From NCBI GenBank assembly GCA_965263355.1, contig CBDHHL010000056.1, positions 2,016,001-2,080,000 of the forward strand: a DNA stretch of 64,000 bases, written 5' to 3'. The stretch is from Leptolyngbyaceae cyanobacterium (GTDB taxonomy: Bacteria; Cyanobacteriota; Cyanobacteriia; Phormidesmidales; Phormidesmidaceae). Position 1 is the stretch's first letter; every line of letters begins with the position of its first letter. Under the pieces are notes generated by a model. The model did not search any database. It saw nothing but the letters and a program-made list of their open reading frames with translations, and was not told where the DNA came from. A program made the position numbers and the translations under genes. This document shows positions 1 to 10,874 of this stretch, piece after piece.

Positions 1-2
1 CA

Positions 3-725
3 GTCGGGACTATGGCCCACGCTCTGGTGATGGCAATTGCCGCAATGGAAGGTGAGGAAACAGATGCATTTGCTGCATTTCATCGCTATTTTCCTGGTGC
101 ACCACTGCTGATCGATACCTACGACACAGTGGCGGCAGCCAAGAGGTTGGCACAAAATCCACCTGACTCTTTAGCCGGTGTCCGACTTGACTCAGGCGAT
201 CTGGTAAACCTGTCACAGCAGGTCCAGCAGGCACTGCCTGAAATACCTATTTTTGCCAGTGGGGATTTGGATGAGCATGAAATTTTGCGTTTGAAACAGG
301 CCGGAGCTTGCATTGATGGATATGGATTGGGGACCAAGCTGGTCACTGGCAAGCCGGTCAATGGCGTCTACAAATTAGTGGATATTGATGGCGTCCCAGT
401 GATGAAAGAATCCAGTGGTAAATTCACTTATCCAGGTCGCAAACAGATCTTTCGTTCAGCGACAGGGGACCAGCTGGGTCTCATAGAAGAGGCTGAATCA
501 TCGCCAGAAGAAGGGCTACTAAAACTAGTCATGCATAACGGCAAACAAGTGCTGCCGGTCGAATCATTGGATGTCATTCGAAAACGGACCACTCAATCCG
601 TGGCTCAGTTACCTGCACAGGTACGAGAGGTAACTAATCCGGTTGTCCCCCAGGCAAAGATTTCAGCCGAATTGCAGAACTTGACTGATTGTACCCGGCG
701 CAGTCAATTCGTTACGATTAGTTGA
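3..725 (+). CDS. pncB: Nicotinate phosphoribosyltransferase, 5'-truncated by window edge
   Basis: Frame is open from base 3 (VGTMAH); motifs LIDTYD, GVRLDSGD, IFASGDLDE, GLGTKLVT; first gene of an NAD cluster. Confidence 0.9.
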   Translation, partial: VGTMAHALVMAIAAMEGEETDAFAAFHRYFPGAPLLIDTYDTVAAAKRLAQNPPDSLAGVRLDSGDLVNLSQQVQQALPEIPIFASGDLDEHEILRLKQAGACIDGYGLGTKLVTGKPVNGVYKLVDIDGVPVMKESSGKFTYPGRKQIFRSATGDQLGLIEEAESSPEEGLLKLVMHNGKQVLPVESLDVIRKRTTQSVAQLPAQVREVTNPVVPQAKISAELQNLTDCTRRSQFVTIS

Positions 726-788
726 GGCATTATGCGTTTAAGTAAACTCACTGTAGAGATTACAACGTCTTTATCTAACGTGCAGCCT

Positions 789-1406
789 ATGCCTGTCACA
801 CCTAGCACACACCCCCGTGTGGCACTTTTTGGTACCAGTGCGGATCCACCCCATAATGGCCATCGCAGCATTGTAGCTACCCTGGGCTATCAGTTTGACT
901 ATGTAGCGGTATGGGCATCGGACAATCCCTGGAAAGTTGACCAGTCGCCCATTGACATGCGTATGGATATGCTGGGATTGGCCATTGCTGATTTGGATAC
1001 CCCAAGCACGATCAAACTACATCCTGAGCTAAGTCACCCATATACGGCCATCACCCTGGAGCGGGCTCGGCGGATTTGGCCAGAGGCTGAGTTTACTTTT
1101 GTAATTGGGGCGGATTTGGTAAAACAGTTGCCCAGTTGGCATCGTTCGTCAGATGTCCTCCGGTGGGCCAAAATTTTGGTCTTTCCGAGACCGGGCTATG
1201 GGTTAGCTGAAGATGAGCTGTCAGAGCTTAAAGGATTGGGGGCCGATGTTGCGATCGCAACTCCCCTTAGCCAGCACCACATATCCTCCAGCACTCTCCG
1301 ACGGGGTTGTCCTGAGCGCCCCGACGAAATTCCCGCCGTCGTGCAAGCCTACATCCACCAACACAATCTGTATCCATGCCCGGAAAACACACCGACCACC
1401 CCTTAG
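789..1406 (+). CDS. nadD: Nicotinate-nucleotide adenylyltransferase
   Basis: FGTSADPPHNGH (HIGH-like), FVIGADL, ISSSTLR; start could be 732. Confidence 0.9.
   Translation: MPVTPSTHPRVALFGTSADPPHNGHRSIVATLGYQFDYVAVWASDNPWKVDQSPIDMRMDMLGLAIADLDTPSTIKLHPELSHPYTAITLERARRIWPEAEFTFVIGADLVKQLPSWHRSSDVLRWAKILVFPRPGYGLAEDELSELKGLGADVAIATPLSQHHISSSTLRRGCPERPDEIPAVVQAYIHQHNLYPCPENTPTTP
1251..1258. repeat. HIP1 octamer GCGATCGC (representative; about 20 copies across the window)
   Basis: Other copies near 3160, 10963, 15450, 17431, 22520, 32862, 44608, 50889, 59136, 60741, 61802. Confidence 0.9.
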
Positions 1407-2098
1407 CCGACTTTAAAGTCGGCATTGATAACGTCATTTTCTCGGTCGATACCGAACTAAACCGGCTGTTGGTACTGTTAGTCATGCGCCATGAATCTCC
1501 CTTTTTAGGCCAATGGTCTTTACCAGGCACTCTAGTCAGACAAGGCGAATCGCTGGAAAATGCCTCTTATCGAGTTCTCTCTGAAAAAATTCGGGTAAAC
1601 AATCTCTATGTGGAACAGCTTTACTCCTTTGGTGGCCCTAATCGAGATCCACGTGAAGCCCAAGATATCTACAATGTACGCTATCTCTCAGTTAGTTACT
1701 TTGCCCTGGTTCGATATGCAGACGCTGAGCTAATCGCCGATGGTGTCAGCGGCATTGCCTGGTATCCCCTAGAACGATTGCCCACTCTTGCCTTTGATCA
1801 TCAAGAGATTCTTACCTACGGTACAATTCGTCTGCGAAATAAGGTGAAATATAGCCCTGTTGCCTTTGATGTTTTGCCCGAAATGTTTACGCTGAGTAAT
1901 TTGTATCAGCTATATACAACAATTTTGGGTGAGGATTTTTCTGATTATTCCAATTTTCGTACCAGGCTGCTCAAGCTGGGGTTTTTGAAGGATACGGGCA
2001 TTAAAACATCGCGTGGAGCGGGGCGTCCTGCTAGTCTGTATCGGTTTGATGCGGAGGCGTTTGAGCCATTGAAGAATAAACCGATGGTGTTTGTTTAA
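1376..2098 (+). CDS. nrtR: NrtR family regulator (Nudix + winged HTH)
   Basis: WSLPGTLV..ESLENA Nudix-like box, DPR, LAFDH, C-terminal NFRTRLL/GRPASLYRF; inside NAD operon. Confidence 0.9.
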   Translation: MPGKHTDHPLADFKVGIDNVIFSVDTELNRLLVLLVMRHESPFLGQWSLPGTLVRQGESLENASYRVLSEKIRVNNLYVEQLYSFGGPNRDPREAQDIYNVRYLSVSYFALVRYADAELIADGVSGIAWYPLERLPTLAFDHQEILTYGTIRLRNKVKYSPVAFDVLPEMFTLSNLYQLYTTILGEDFSDYSNFRTRLLKLGFLKDTGIKTSRGAGRPASLYRFDAEAFEPLKNKPMVFV

Positions 2099-2205
2099 TG
2101 GTCTCCTGCGTCATTGAACACAATGGTGGGCAGTGTTTATGCCAAAGTCTCTAACGACTGCACCAATGGATACTACTCATACTACACTCTAACTACTTTC
2201 TTATT

Positions 2206-3930
2206 ATGAAACTTGCTATTGCTCAACTGAATCCTACCGTTGGCGATCTAACTGGCAACGCACAACAGATTTTAACTGCCGCGCAAAGTGCTGCGGCACA
2301 AGGTGCACATCTATTACTCACTCCGGAACTTTCCCTATGTGGCTATCCACCTAGAGATTTGTTGTTGAGACCTGGCTTTATTCAACAGATGCACACAGTG
2401 ATAGAACAATTGGCCAGGGATCTGCCCAACGGATTAACCGCTTTAGTCGGCTTAGCCCAGCCTAATGCTGATGCTGGAACAAAGGGTCAAAAACCCCTTT
2501 TTAACAGTATGGCTCTGTTAGAGAACGGCACCATCAAAACCGTATTTCATAAACGTCTACTCCCCACATACGACGTGTTTGATGAAGACCGATATTTTGA
2601 ATCTGGCACCGAGCCTAATCATTTTTACCTGGAGGCAAATGGTCACTCACTGCACATCGGTGTCACCATTTGTGAAGACCTCTGGAATGAGGATGACTTT
2701 TGGGGACAGCGCACCTACGAAACTAATCCCACAGCTGAAGTCGTTGCAGCGGGTGTGAAACTGGTCGTGAATCTATCAGCCTCTCCGTTTACGGTTGAGA
2801 AACAAGCACTGCGAGAACAGATGATTGCCCACGCAACTCGTCAGCACAATTGTCCGATTGTATATGTTAACCAGGTGGGTAGTAATGACGATCTGATCTT
2901 TGATGGATACAGTGTGGCTATCGATCGCCAAGGGCATGTGGTCAGCCGCAGTCGGGGTTTCGAAACAACGGTTCAGGTGATCGACTATAGTTCACAGCAA
3001 CAAGATCTGCTGCCTGGCACCGTTACCCCCCTGCTAGAGACTCCCGAAGCAGAGATATGGTCAGCCCTAGTCCTGGGGGTTAAGGATTACAGCCGCAAGT
3101 GTGGGTTTAGACAAGCGGTTGTCGGGTTGAGTGGTGGGATTGATTCGGCCTTGGTGGTTGCGATCGCAACTGCCGCCCTTGGACCGGAGAATATACTAGG
3201 TGTTCTCATGCCATCGCCCTATAGTTCTGACCACTCAATCAGCGATGCGAAGAAACTAGCCCACAATCTAGGTATTACCACCCAAACACTCGCCATTGGA
3301 GAGTTAATGGATGGTTACAACAACACCCTACTTGAGTGTTTCTCTGGCACTACCCCAGGCATTACCGAGGAAAATATACAATCTCGAATTCGGGGTAATT
3401 TACTCATGGCCATTGCCAACAAATTTGGTCATTTGCTACTATCAACCGGCAACAAGTCAGAAATGGCCGTCGGCTACTGTACTCTTTATGGCGATATGAA
3501 TGGCGGTCTAGCGGTGATTGCTGATGTTCCCAAAACAAAGGTTTACAAACTTTGCCATTGGTTAAACACCCCCCATACAAAAAAACACCTGGGTCTGATT
3601 GAGCACAGGGGCAAACCCGAAATCATCCCTAATAATATTCTCATCAAACCCCCTAGCGCCGAGCTGCGACCTGACCAAGTTGACCAAGACTCCCTGCCTC
3701 CCTACGATACTCTCGATGATATTCTGGAGCGCTTAATCCAATATCATCAATCTGCAGCAGACATCGTAGCCGCAGGACACAATAGTCAAGTGGTAAAGCA
3801 AGTAGTACGCCTGCTCACCCGCGCTGAATTTAAACGTAGACAGGCTCCTCCCGTACTTAAAGTAACTGACCGAGCCTTCGGCCTAGGTTGGCGTATGCCC
3901 ATTGCCAGCCGTTGGCCATTAGCTCAATAA
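2206..3930 (+). CDS. nadE: Glutamine-dependent NAD+ synthetase
   Basis: Nitrilase domain (PELSLCGY, KRLLP, ICEDLW) plus GLSGGIDSA, STGNKSE, PPSAEL. Confidence 0.95.
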   Translation: MKLAIAQLNPTVGDLTGNAQQILTAAQSAAAQGAHLLLTPELSLCGYPPRDLLLRPGFIQQMHTVIEQLARDLPNGLTALVGLAQPNADAGTKGQKPLFNSMALLENGTIKTVFHKRLLPTYDVFDEDRYFESGTEPNHFYLEANGHSLHIGVTICEDLWNEDDFWGQRTYETNPTAEVVAAGVKLVVNLSASPFTVEKQALREQMIAHATRQHNCPIVYVNQVGSNDDLIFDGYSVAIDRQGHVVSRSRGFETTVQVIDYSSQQQDLLPGTVTPLLETPEAEIWSALVLGVKDYSRKCGFRQAVVGLSGGIDSALVVAIATAALGPENILGVLMPSPYSSDHSISDAKKLAHNLGITTQTLAIGELMDGYNNTLLECFSGTTPGITEENIQSRIRGNLLMAIANKFGHLLLSTGNKSEMAVGYCTLYGDMNGGLAVIADVPKTKVYKLCHWLNTPHTKKHLGLIEHRGKPEIIPNNILIKPPSAELRPDQVDQDSLPPYDTLDDILERLIQYHQSAADIVAAGHNSQVVKQVVRLLTRAEFKRRQAPPVLKVTDRAFGLGWRMPIASRWPLAQ

Positions 3931-3941
3931 AATCGACGGCA

Positions 3942-4460
3942 TTAATTCCTAGGAGCAGTTCTCCAAGGACGATAGCCAGCCCGAATACACCGATCAAGGG
4001 CAGCATCTACCGACAACTGCGCTTGCTCACTTAGTTCCACAACACAGACACCATAACGCTTGGGCAAAAGACTACGACTACAGTGTTCCAGAGCATTCAC
4101 CGAAGGTTGCTCAAGCAATTCACTGTGGATCCCAAGGGTACAGCTAGCCACCTCCTGAGGACGTCGAGACCGCTCGCAGCCCTCTAAAACATCAACCGCA
4201 CCAATACCTGTATCCTCAGTCACATCGAGAACACATTCACCTAACGTATCTGGAAACCGAGCCCCCGCACAGCTGGCTGTCGCTTGCTCAACGCTAATGC
4301 CGACGGCTGCCATCTGGGCAACACATTCACCATAGTCATCATCAGCCCCATAGCCAGGTACAGCCACCAATGAAACAGTGGTCAATCCTAGGGCCACAGG
4401 CATTAATAAAAACCGCCGCAGATGACGATGCCACAGAGCAATGGTAGTTACATTAATCAT
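3942..4460 (-). CDS. Secreted Cys-repeat hypothetical protein
   Basis: Hydrophobic signal-like segment, then four ~30-aa units each with a Cys pair; start uncertain. Confidence 0.7.
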   Translation of the reverse strand: MINVTTIALWHRHLRRFLLMPVALGLTTVSLVAVPGYGADDDYGECVAQMAAVGISVEQATASCAGARFPDTLGECVLDVTEDTGIGAVDVLEGCERSRRPQEVASCTLGIHSELLEQPSVNALEHCSRSLLPKRYGVCVVELSEQAQLSVDAALDRCIRAGYRPWRTAPRN

Positions 4461-4840
4461 TTTCAATAGTCCAATAGAGCAGGTACTGCCATACAACACT
4501 TGACGCATCCTAGCTGATTTAGAAACTACGGTTCTGTAGTTAGCGAACAGCTTACCTTTGCATAGTAATCATTTAATAAATATTGTCCACGGTCAAAATA
4601 TCATCTATGTCTAGAATTACTTTTTAACGTAGAGAAAAGATATATTTCACTACGTCCTTGGGTAATCACAGCAAGATTTTTGTAATGATTGTCCTCTGAA
4701 ACCCTGATCTAATCTACAGTGAATTAGTGACAACACACGAGCCGTTGCTGAGTTAGGAAATGAGCCGATCTATTCTTTCTACACTGCAAATCAGCAACGA
4801 CACCCATTATTTACAGCAAATGATCTAGAGGGTATTTCAC

Positions 4841-6754
4841 ATGCATCTGAGTGACATAACTCATCCTAACCAGTTGCATGGCTTGTCTGTGAAACAGTTA
4901 GAAGCCATTGCCCAGCAAATTCGAGAAAAGCATCTTAAAACGGTATCCACTAGCGGCGGGCATCTGGGACCGGGGCTGGGTGTGGTAGAGCTGACCCTGG
5001 GTCTTTATCAAACCTTGGATCTAGATCGCGACAAAGTAGTTTGGGATGTCGGGCATCAGGCCTATCCCCATAAGCTAATTACAGGTCGTTACAACGATTT
5101 TTCATCCCTCCGCCAAAAGGACGGTGTGGCCGGTTACCTTAAACGTTGTGAAAGCAAGTTTGATCATTTCGGGGCTGGTCATGCCTCCACCAGCATTTCT
5201 GCAGCGTTGGGCATGGCACTGGCCCGTGATGCCCAAGGCGATGATTATAAAGTTGCAGCCATTATTGGCGATGGTGCCCTCACGGGTGGTATGGCCCTAG
5301 AAGCTATCAACCATGCAGGTCATCTGCCCAACACAAATCTGGTGGTGGTGCTCAACGACAATGAAATGTCTATTTCTCCAAACGTTGGGGCAATTCCTCG
5401 TTACCTGAATAAAATTCGGTTGAGTCCCCCCATGCAGTTTCTGAGCGACAACTTAGAAGAGCAGTTAAAACAATTGCCCTTTGTCGGGGATTCCTTCTCA
5501 CCGGAATTAGACCGAGTCAAGGAAGGGATGAAACGCTTGGCTATGTCCAAGGTAGGCGCAGTTTTTGAAGAACTTGGCTTTACCTATATGGGGCCAGTGG
5601 ATGGTCATAATTTGAGTGAACTGCTCACAACCTTCAAGGAAGCCCATGCTAAAGGTGGCCCCGTTCTGGTCCATGTAGCTACGATCAAAGGGAAAGGCTA
5701 TGAAATTGCAGAAAAAGACCAAGTAAGCTATCACGCACAATCTCCATTTAACCTCACTACAGGCAAAGGCTTTCCATCGACAAAGCCCACACCGCCCAAA
5801 TATTCCAAAGTGTTTGCCGAAACTTTGATCAAGCTGGCGGAAAATGATCCCAAAATCATTGGAATTACAGCGGCAATGGCCACAGGTACTGGTCTCGATA
5901 AACTCCAGGCAAAGCTCCCCCAGCAGTACATTGACGTAGGTATCGCTGAACAGCATGCCGTTACCCTGGCAGCCGGTATGGCCTGTGAAAAGATGCGTCC
6001 AGTGGCAGCAATTTACTCCACCTTCCTACAGCGCGCCTATGACCAGATCGTCCATGATGTCTGTATTCAAAACTTGCCGGTATTTTTCTGTTTAGATCGC
6101 GCTGGTATTGTCGGGGCCGATGGTCCTACACACCAGGGTATGTACGACATTTCCTATCTGCGCTCTATTCCCAATATGGTGGTCATGGCACCTAAGGATG
6201 AAGCCGAGCTGCAGCAAATGGTCGTCACTGGCATTGAATATACGGACGGTCCTATTGCCGTTCGCTATCCCCGTGGCAAAGGGTATGGAGCACCGCTGAT
6301 GGAAGAAGGCTGGGAAGCGCTACCAATCGGCAAAGGAGAAGTTCTACGTCAGGGCGATGACTTGCTGTTATTAGGCTACGGCTCCATGGTGTATCCCACC
6401 ATGCAAACTGCTGAAATTCTTAGTGAGCATGGCATTGAAGCAACTGTAATCAATGCTCGATTTGTGAAGCCTCTAGATGAGGAGTTGATTGCACCCTTAG
6501 CCCAAAAAATTCAGCGGGTTGTCACCTTTGAAGAAGGGTGTTTGATGGGCGGCTTTGGTTCTGCTGTGGCCGAAGCGCTACTGGATCGTGATATTAACGT
6601 GTCAATTTTGCGTCTCGGCGTGCCTGACATTTTGGTCGACCATGCCACACCTACTCAAGCCAAAACAGCCTTGGGACTCACACCTGCACAAATGGCAGAC
6701 AAAATACTCAAGCGATTTTCCCTAGCCCAGCTTGAACTTGCCAGCATGGGCTAA
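4841..6754 (+). CDS. dxs: 1-deoxy-D-xylulose-5-phosphate synthase
   Basis: [50 protein letters not shown]. Confidence 0.97.
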   Translation: MHLSDITHPNQLHGLSVKQLEAIAQQIREKHLKTVSTSGGHLGPGLGVVELTLGLYQTLDLDRDKVVWDVGHQAYPHKLITGRYNDFSSLRQKDGVAGYLKRCESKFDHFGAGHASTSISAALGMALARDAQGDDYKVAAIIGDGALTGGMALEAINHAGHLPNTNLVVVLNDNEMSISPNVGAIPRYLNKIRLSPPMQFLSDNLEEQLKQLPFVGDSFSPELDRVKEGMKRLAMSKVGAVFEELGFTYMGPVDGHNLSELLTTFKEAHAKGGPVLVHVATIKGKGYEIAEKDQVSYHAQSPFNLTTGKGFPSTKPTPPKYSKVFAETLIKLAENDPKIIGITAAMATGTGLDKLQAKLPQQYIDVGIAEQHAVTLAAGMACEKMRPVAAIYSTFLQRAYDQIVHDVCIQNLPVFFCLDRAGIVGADGPTHQGMYDISYLRSIPNMVVMAPKDEAELQQMVVTGIEYTDGPIAVRYPRGKGYGAPLMEEGWEALPIGKGEVLRQGDDLLLLGYGSMVYPTMQTAEILSEHGIEATVINARFVKPLDEELIAPLAQKIQRVVTFEEGCLMGGFGSAVAEALLDRDINVSILRLGVPDILVDHATPTQAKTALGLTPAQMADKILKRFSLAQLELASMG

Positions 6755-6777
6755 CTTAGTCAAATAACGTAATCGTT

Positions 6778-6807
6778 GCCCTCGTAGGGAATTCCCTGCG
6801 GGGGTTT
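6778..6807 (+). terminator. Hairpin after dxs
   Basis: CCCTCGTAGGG-AATT-CCCTGCGGGGG then TTT, between convergent genes. Confidence 0.6.
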
Positions 6808-6808
6808 G

Positions 6809-7300
6809 CTATCGTCGCTGTCGTCGTTGAGCACGCTTGCTGCGCCGCATCCCCACTGCCATCGAGGCAGGCATTAGGCCAACAGGTAACCCACGCAGCC
6901 AATCCCTATGCCTGACTCGCCTAATTCTAATGACTTGCAATGTTGGCAACTCCCTACACAAATCAACAAACCATAGACTTAACGCTAAAAGCAATGTGAT
7001 CACACTCAACAAAAAAATACCCATGGCCCCTACGACCAAAGCATTAACAGCTACCATGGCGCGTAAGGTGAGCACTCCCAGGCTCGTTAACATCCCTAGT
7101 AAGGTGGCCATCGTCAGCACAAAGCTGACATAAGCGCAGCGACACCGTCGCTGGATAGCACGAGTCACATTGCTAGCTGTCTGCAACCAATACCACCGTA
7201 ACCAGGCGGCTATGGCAACAGTCATAACCATCAGGATCATTAAAACATTGTTGATTAACAGTGAAATGAGCTGACTTGTTTGAACAGAAGACATCACCAT
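6809..7300 (-). CDS. Membrane protein, DUF2721-like
   Basis: QTSQLISLLINNVLMI N-terminus, three hydrophobic segments, basic tail. Confidence 0.6.
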   Translation of the reverse strand: MVMSSVQTSQLISLLINNVLMILMVMTVAIAAWLRWYWLQTASNVTRAIQRRCRCAYVSFVLTMATLLGMLTSLGVLTLRAMVAVNALVVGAMGIFLLSVITLLLALSLWFVDLCRELPTLQVIRIRRVRHRDWLRGLPVGLMPASMAVGMRRSKRAQRRQRR

Positions 7301-7490
7301 CAGACTCCACTTGCAATGCAAATAATAGTACGATTGAACTATTATTTGCAACCATAAATCCCTCATGGGAGAAAAGTCAGGCGAGTGGTATTGTTATGGG
7401 CGTGTTTAGCCTTGTGCTAAGCATCAAACACATTTTTTAGGGATTTTGGGCTAATTTCAGGTGTTATTAAACGATTTGCCGCAATCATCC

Positions 7491-8189
7491 ATGCAAGTAA
7501 GGTCAACTCAGAGGCGTCTTGGGATTTACGTTTTACTCGGTATCCTTGCCTGTGGCTTGGCTATCGCTGTCAAGCTTGCACTCGTTTGGGGAATTGACTC
7601 ACACGTCTATTCATTACCTATAGTCGGAGGGGTGCTAGCAACCCTTGAAATCACTGAAATTGCTAGCCCAATTTTATTAGCCTTACTAGGTTTAACATTG
7701 GGGGCACTGACTTACTATTTACCTGCCAAAAGTCATCTGATTGCACGCTTATTCCTGTTGATATTGACACTCCCCCTGGTTTTACTGCTGGGTCATCGGG
7801 TCCGCCACAGCCGATGGATACAGCAGGTAGGTATTCAAGAAAGCTTGTCCATAACTCAGGCCCAACAGGTAACGGATGAGTTTTTACAGCGGGAAACCTC
7901 TAAATCTGGCACGATAGGTTTTTATTGGTATACTGCTACCCGCGCTAACCCACCGATAAAGTTAAATAATTTGGAAATCAACAATGACAATAATTCGCTA
8001 CAGAGCCAGCTGACTGAACTTGGCAAGCGGCAAACTGGGTTATTGAGCTTAGCATTTAAGATTTACAACTGGTTATTTACCCATGCAGGGTGGGGGATTC
8101 GAGCTATTTATGCGCTGCTATCTGGGTTTATGGGCTTGTCCTACTTTTATAAGGGACAACTGTGGGCTAATCGCCAACAACGTCGTTAG
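7491..8189 (+). CDS. Hypothetical multi-pass membrane protein
   Basis: Four hydrophobic segments; 3 bp upstream of mobA. Confidence 0.7.
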   Translation: MQVRSTQRRLGIYVLLGILACGLAIAVKLALVWGIDSHVYSLPIVGGVLATLEITEIASPILLALLGLTLGALTYYLPAKSHLIARLFLLILTLPLVLLLGHRVRHSRWIQQVGIQESLSITQAQQVTDEFLQRETSKSGTIGFYWYTATRANPPIKLNNLEINNDNNSLQSQLTELGKRQTGLLSLAFKIYNWLFTHAGWGIRAIYALLSGFMGLSYFYKGQLWANRQQRR

Positions 8190-8192
8190 TTA

Positions 8193-8840
8193 ATGAGTTC
8201 TAGAGTTACAGCCCTGATTTTAGCAGGGGGTCACAGTCGTAGAATGGGCCGTGATAAGGCGTTATTAACTTTACCAACTGTGACCGGACAACCATTCACA
8301 GTGTTACAACATGCTTGCACTACAGCCCAGGACTGTGGGTTTAGAACCTATGTTTTAACCCCCTGGCCAGACCGTTACAGGCCAATGCTGTCATCAAGCG
8401 TGTTTTTTTTGCAAGAAGGTCATGGCAATCCTGGCCCTTTGGTGGCGATGGCTCAGGGATGGTCGATGATTTTGGCCGATACCCAGAACTGTAATGACAA
8501 AGGCCCCGACTGGTTGCTGGTATTGGCCTGTGACATGCCCGCCATCGATGCTCTTACCATTCAGAAATGGCAACAGGCGTTAGACAGTGTTGACGAGAAT
8601 GAGATTGCAGCTCTCCCCAGGCAAAACCACCGATGGGAACCCCTATGTGGCTTTTATCACCGTCGTTGCCTGCCCAGCCTGCAAAATGCCGTCGCCAGCA
8701 ATATTCGATCATTCCAACGGTGGTTGGCTAATGAGCCAATAATGTCGCTATCGATCAAAAACTCTCATATATTACAAAATTGCAATACTCCTGCAGAATG
8801 GCGACATTTCCTGAATTCAAAAAAGGTTAGAAACCTATAG
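8193..8840 (+). CDS. mobA: Molybdenum cofactor guanylyltransferase
   Basis: LILAGGHSRRMGRDKALL, GPL, LACDMP, WEPLCGFY, NCNTP. Confidence 0.92.
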   Translation: MSSRVTALILAGGHSRRMGRDKALLTLPTVTGQPFTVLQHACTTAQDCGFRTYVLTPWPDRYRPMLSSSVFFLQEGHGNPGPLVAMAQGWSMILADTQNCNDKGPDWLLVLACDMPAIDALTIQKWQQALDSVDENEIAALPRQNHRWEPLCGFYHRRCLPSLQNAVASNIRSFQRWLANEPIMSLSIKNSHILQNCNTPAEWRHFLNSKKVRNL

Positions 8841-8867
8841 GCAGCTTGACAAAGGACGCCTTTCTTC

Positions 8868-8885
8868 AATGTTAAGCTGTGTAAT
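8868..8885 (-). promoter_or_regulatory. Possible HLR1 (RpaB) site upstream of cpcG
   Basis: Minus strand ATTACACA-GC-TTAACATT vs (G/T)TTACA(T/A)(T/A)-N2 repeat, 3 mismatches. Confidence 0.35.
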
Positions 8886-8976
8886 ATTTTACTCAGGAAA
8901 TTTAGGTCCTATGGCCATGAACCCTTATAGTTATGATTAACGTTTGTTAAATTTCCTCATATTCGGAGATTCTCAA

Positions 8977-9795
8977 GTGGCGATTCCTCTGCTGAACTAT
9001 TCACCGGTTACCCAAAATTCTCGGGTTGAGGGCTATGAAATTCCTGGGGATGATCAGCCTAAGATTTATTCGACTCAGAATATTCTTTCTTCGACTGATA
9101 TCGACGATCTGATTGAAGCAGCCTATCGTCAGATCTTTTTCCATGCATTTAAAGCTGACCGTGAGAAATTCCTAGAGTCTCAGTTACGCAGTAATCAGAT
9201 TACCGTACGTGACTTTGTTCGTGGTTTACTCCTATCCAATACCTATCGCCGTGCCTTTTACGGCATGAACAGCAACTACCGTTATGTAGAACAAACGGTT
9301 CAGCGAGCGTTAGGTCGTGACGTTTTTGGCAAGGAAGAAACTATAGCTTGGTCTATTATTGTAGCGACCAAGGGCGATGAAGGCTTTGTGGATGCAGTTC
9401 TCAACAGCGACGAGTACCTAGATAACTTTGGCGATGATATTTTGCCTTATCAGCGCCGTCGTGTTCTACCCACTCGTAGTGCAGGTGAACTACCATTTAA
9501 CATCAAGTCACCTCGTTACGATGACTACTATCGTTCTATCTTAGGCTTCCCCAAGCCTGTCTTCCAGAGCAGCCTTCGTCGCTTTACTCCGCAGGAGCAG
9601 ACGCCAAAGGCTGGCAATCCTTCTTTATACGTGGATATGGCGCGCGGGATAAGTGCCAGTCAGCCTTTACCTGCTCAGCGAGTATCGGCTGTTACTGTTA
9701 ACTTTACATCTGGTGTTCCTTACCGCAAGGTAGGTTTTCCCATTAATGGTTCCGTGGCAGCAGCAGCTATAGAGAAGCTTAAGCAAGGTGCTTAA
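8977..9795 (+). CDS. cpcG: Phycobilisome rod-core linker
   Basis: GTG start after [55 protein letters not shown]. Confidence 0.93.
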   Translation: MAIPLLNYSPVTQNSRVEGYEIPGDDQPKIYSTQNILSSTDIDDLIEAAYRQIFFHAFKADREKFLESQLRSNQITVRDFVRGLLLSNTYRRAFYGMNSNYRYVEQTVQRALGRDVFGKEETIAWSIIVATKGDEGFVDAVLNSDEYLDNFGDDILPYQRRRVLPTRSAGELPFNIKSPRYDDYYRSILGFPKPVFQSSLRRFTPQEQTPKAGNPSLYVDMARGISASQPLPAQRVSAVTVNFTSGVPYRKVGFPINGSVAAAAIEKLKQGA

Positions 9796-9840
9796 GTTAA
9801 GCTCTGGAGTTTTCTGAAATATCCGAATTTCAGTTATACA

Positions 9841-9888
9841 AAAAGCTATGGGGGTTATGCCGATGAGGTGTATCCTCCATAGCTTTTT
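9841..9888. terminator. Bidirectional intrinsic terminator (cpcG / rluD)
   Basis: AAAAGCTATGGGGG...CCTCCATAGCTTTTT. Confidence 0.75.
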
Positions 9889-9922
9889 ATGGCCTTTATA
9901 GCTCTACAAGTTCATACCACAC

Positions 9923-10867
9923 CTAGCGTTGGCGCAGTCGTTGCAGCAATGTTTCAAATATTGGGGGCAAGGGGGCGATCGCAATCACCCGTTCGCCTGT
10001 AATCGGATGGGTCAGGGTCAATTGCCTAGCATGCAACGCCTGACCTGGCAGTTTGACGCCAACAGAACGCCCTGCCCCATAAGTGATATCCCCCACAATC
10101 GGGTTACCCACCATCGAACTATGCACACGGATTTGGTGGGTACGTCCCGTCTCCAAACGATAGTGTACTAATGTGTAGTTGCCCAAACGCTCCTGAATAC
10201 GCCAGTGAGTAACGGCTCGCCGCCCCCCTTTTTCCACAGGCACCACTGCCATTTTTTTACGGTCTTTGGGATGGCGACCAATGGGGGCATCCATGGTCCC
10301 CCACGTTTGATCCTCAGCCAGCTTAGGTACCCCAAACACTACCCCCAAATAATCCCGTCGGGCCGTTTTTTCTTGGATTTGCCCCTGCAGATGGTGCAGC
10401 ACAGGTTCCGTTTTAGCCACCACCATCGCCCCGGTCGTATCCTTATCTAATCGATGCACAATTCCAGGTCGTTGCACTCCCCCCACACCTGTCAGCTGAT
10501 CACCGCAGTGGGCTAACACTGCATTCACCAGTGTGCCCCTGGGGTGACCTGGGGCCGGATGCACCACCATCCCTGCCGGCTTATTCACCACTAGTAGATA
10601 GTCATCCTCGTACAAAATATCCAGGGGAATCGCCTCAGGAATTAGCTCAAAGACTTCTAAAGCGGGGATTTTTAGCTGTAGCCAATCACCTGAATTAACA
10701 GTGATTTTTTTATTGGTACAGGGCATATCATTAATCTTTAGCGCCCCTTGCTCAATTAGCTTTTGAATCCGATTACGGGATAAATCGCAATGGTGAGACA
10801 GCCATCGATCAATGCGTTCATTGGCGGTATCGGTCACTGATAGCTCAATCACACTGTCATTGTCCAT
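9923..10867 (-). CDS. rluD: RluA/RluD family pseudouridine synthase
   Basis: S4-like N-terminus, NKPAGMVVHP, HRLDKDTTG, LETGRTHQIRVH. Confidence 0.9.
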   Translation of the reverse strand: MDNDSVIELSVTDTANERIDRWLSHHCDLSRNRIQKLIEQGALKINDMPCTNKKITVNSGDWLQLKIPALEVFELIPEAIPLDILYEDDYLLVVNKPAGMVVHPAPGHPRGTLVNAVLAHCGDQLTGVGGVQRPGIVHRLDKDTTGAMVVAKTEPVLHHLQGQIQEKTARRDYLGVVFGVPKLAEDQTWGTMDAPIGRHPKDRKKMAVVPVEKGGRRAVTHWRIQERLGNYTLVHYRLETGRTHQIRVHSSMVGNPIVGDITYGAGRSVGVKLPGQALHARQLTLTHPITGERVIAIAPLPPIFETLLQRLRQR

Positions 10868-10874
10868 ATATCCA

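Noticed and set aside
726..790. NrtR operator between pncB and nadD or before nadE
   Set aside because: No convincing GT-N7-AC palindrome; the operon promoter lies outside the window
9720..9795. cpcG tail as a CpcL membrane anchor
   Set aside because: [20 protein letters not shown] is too short and polar for a TM helix
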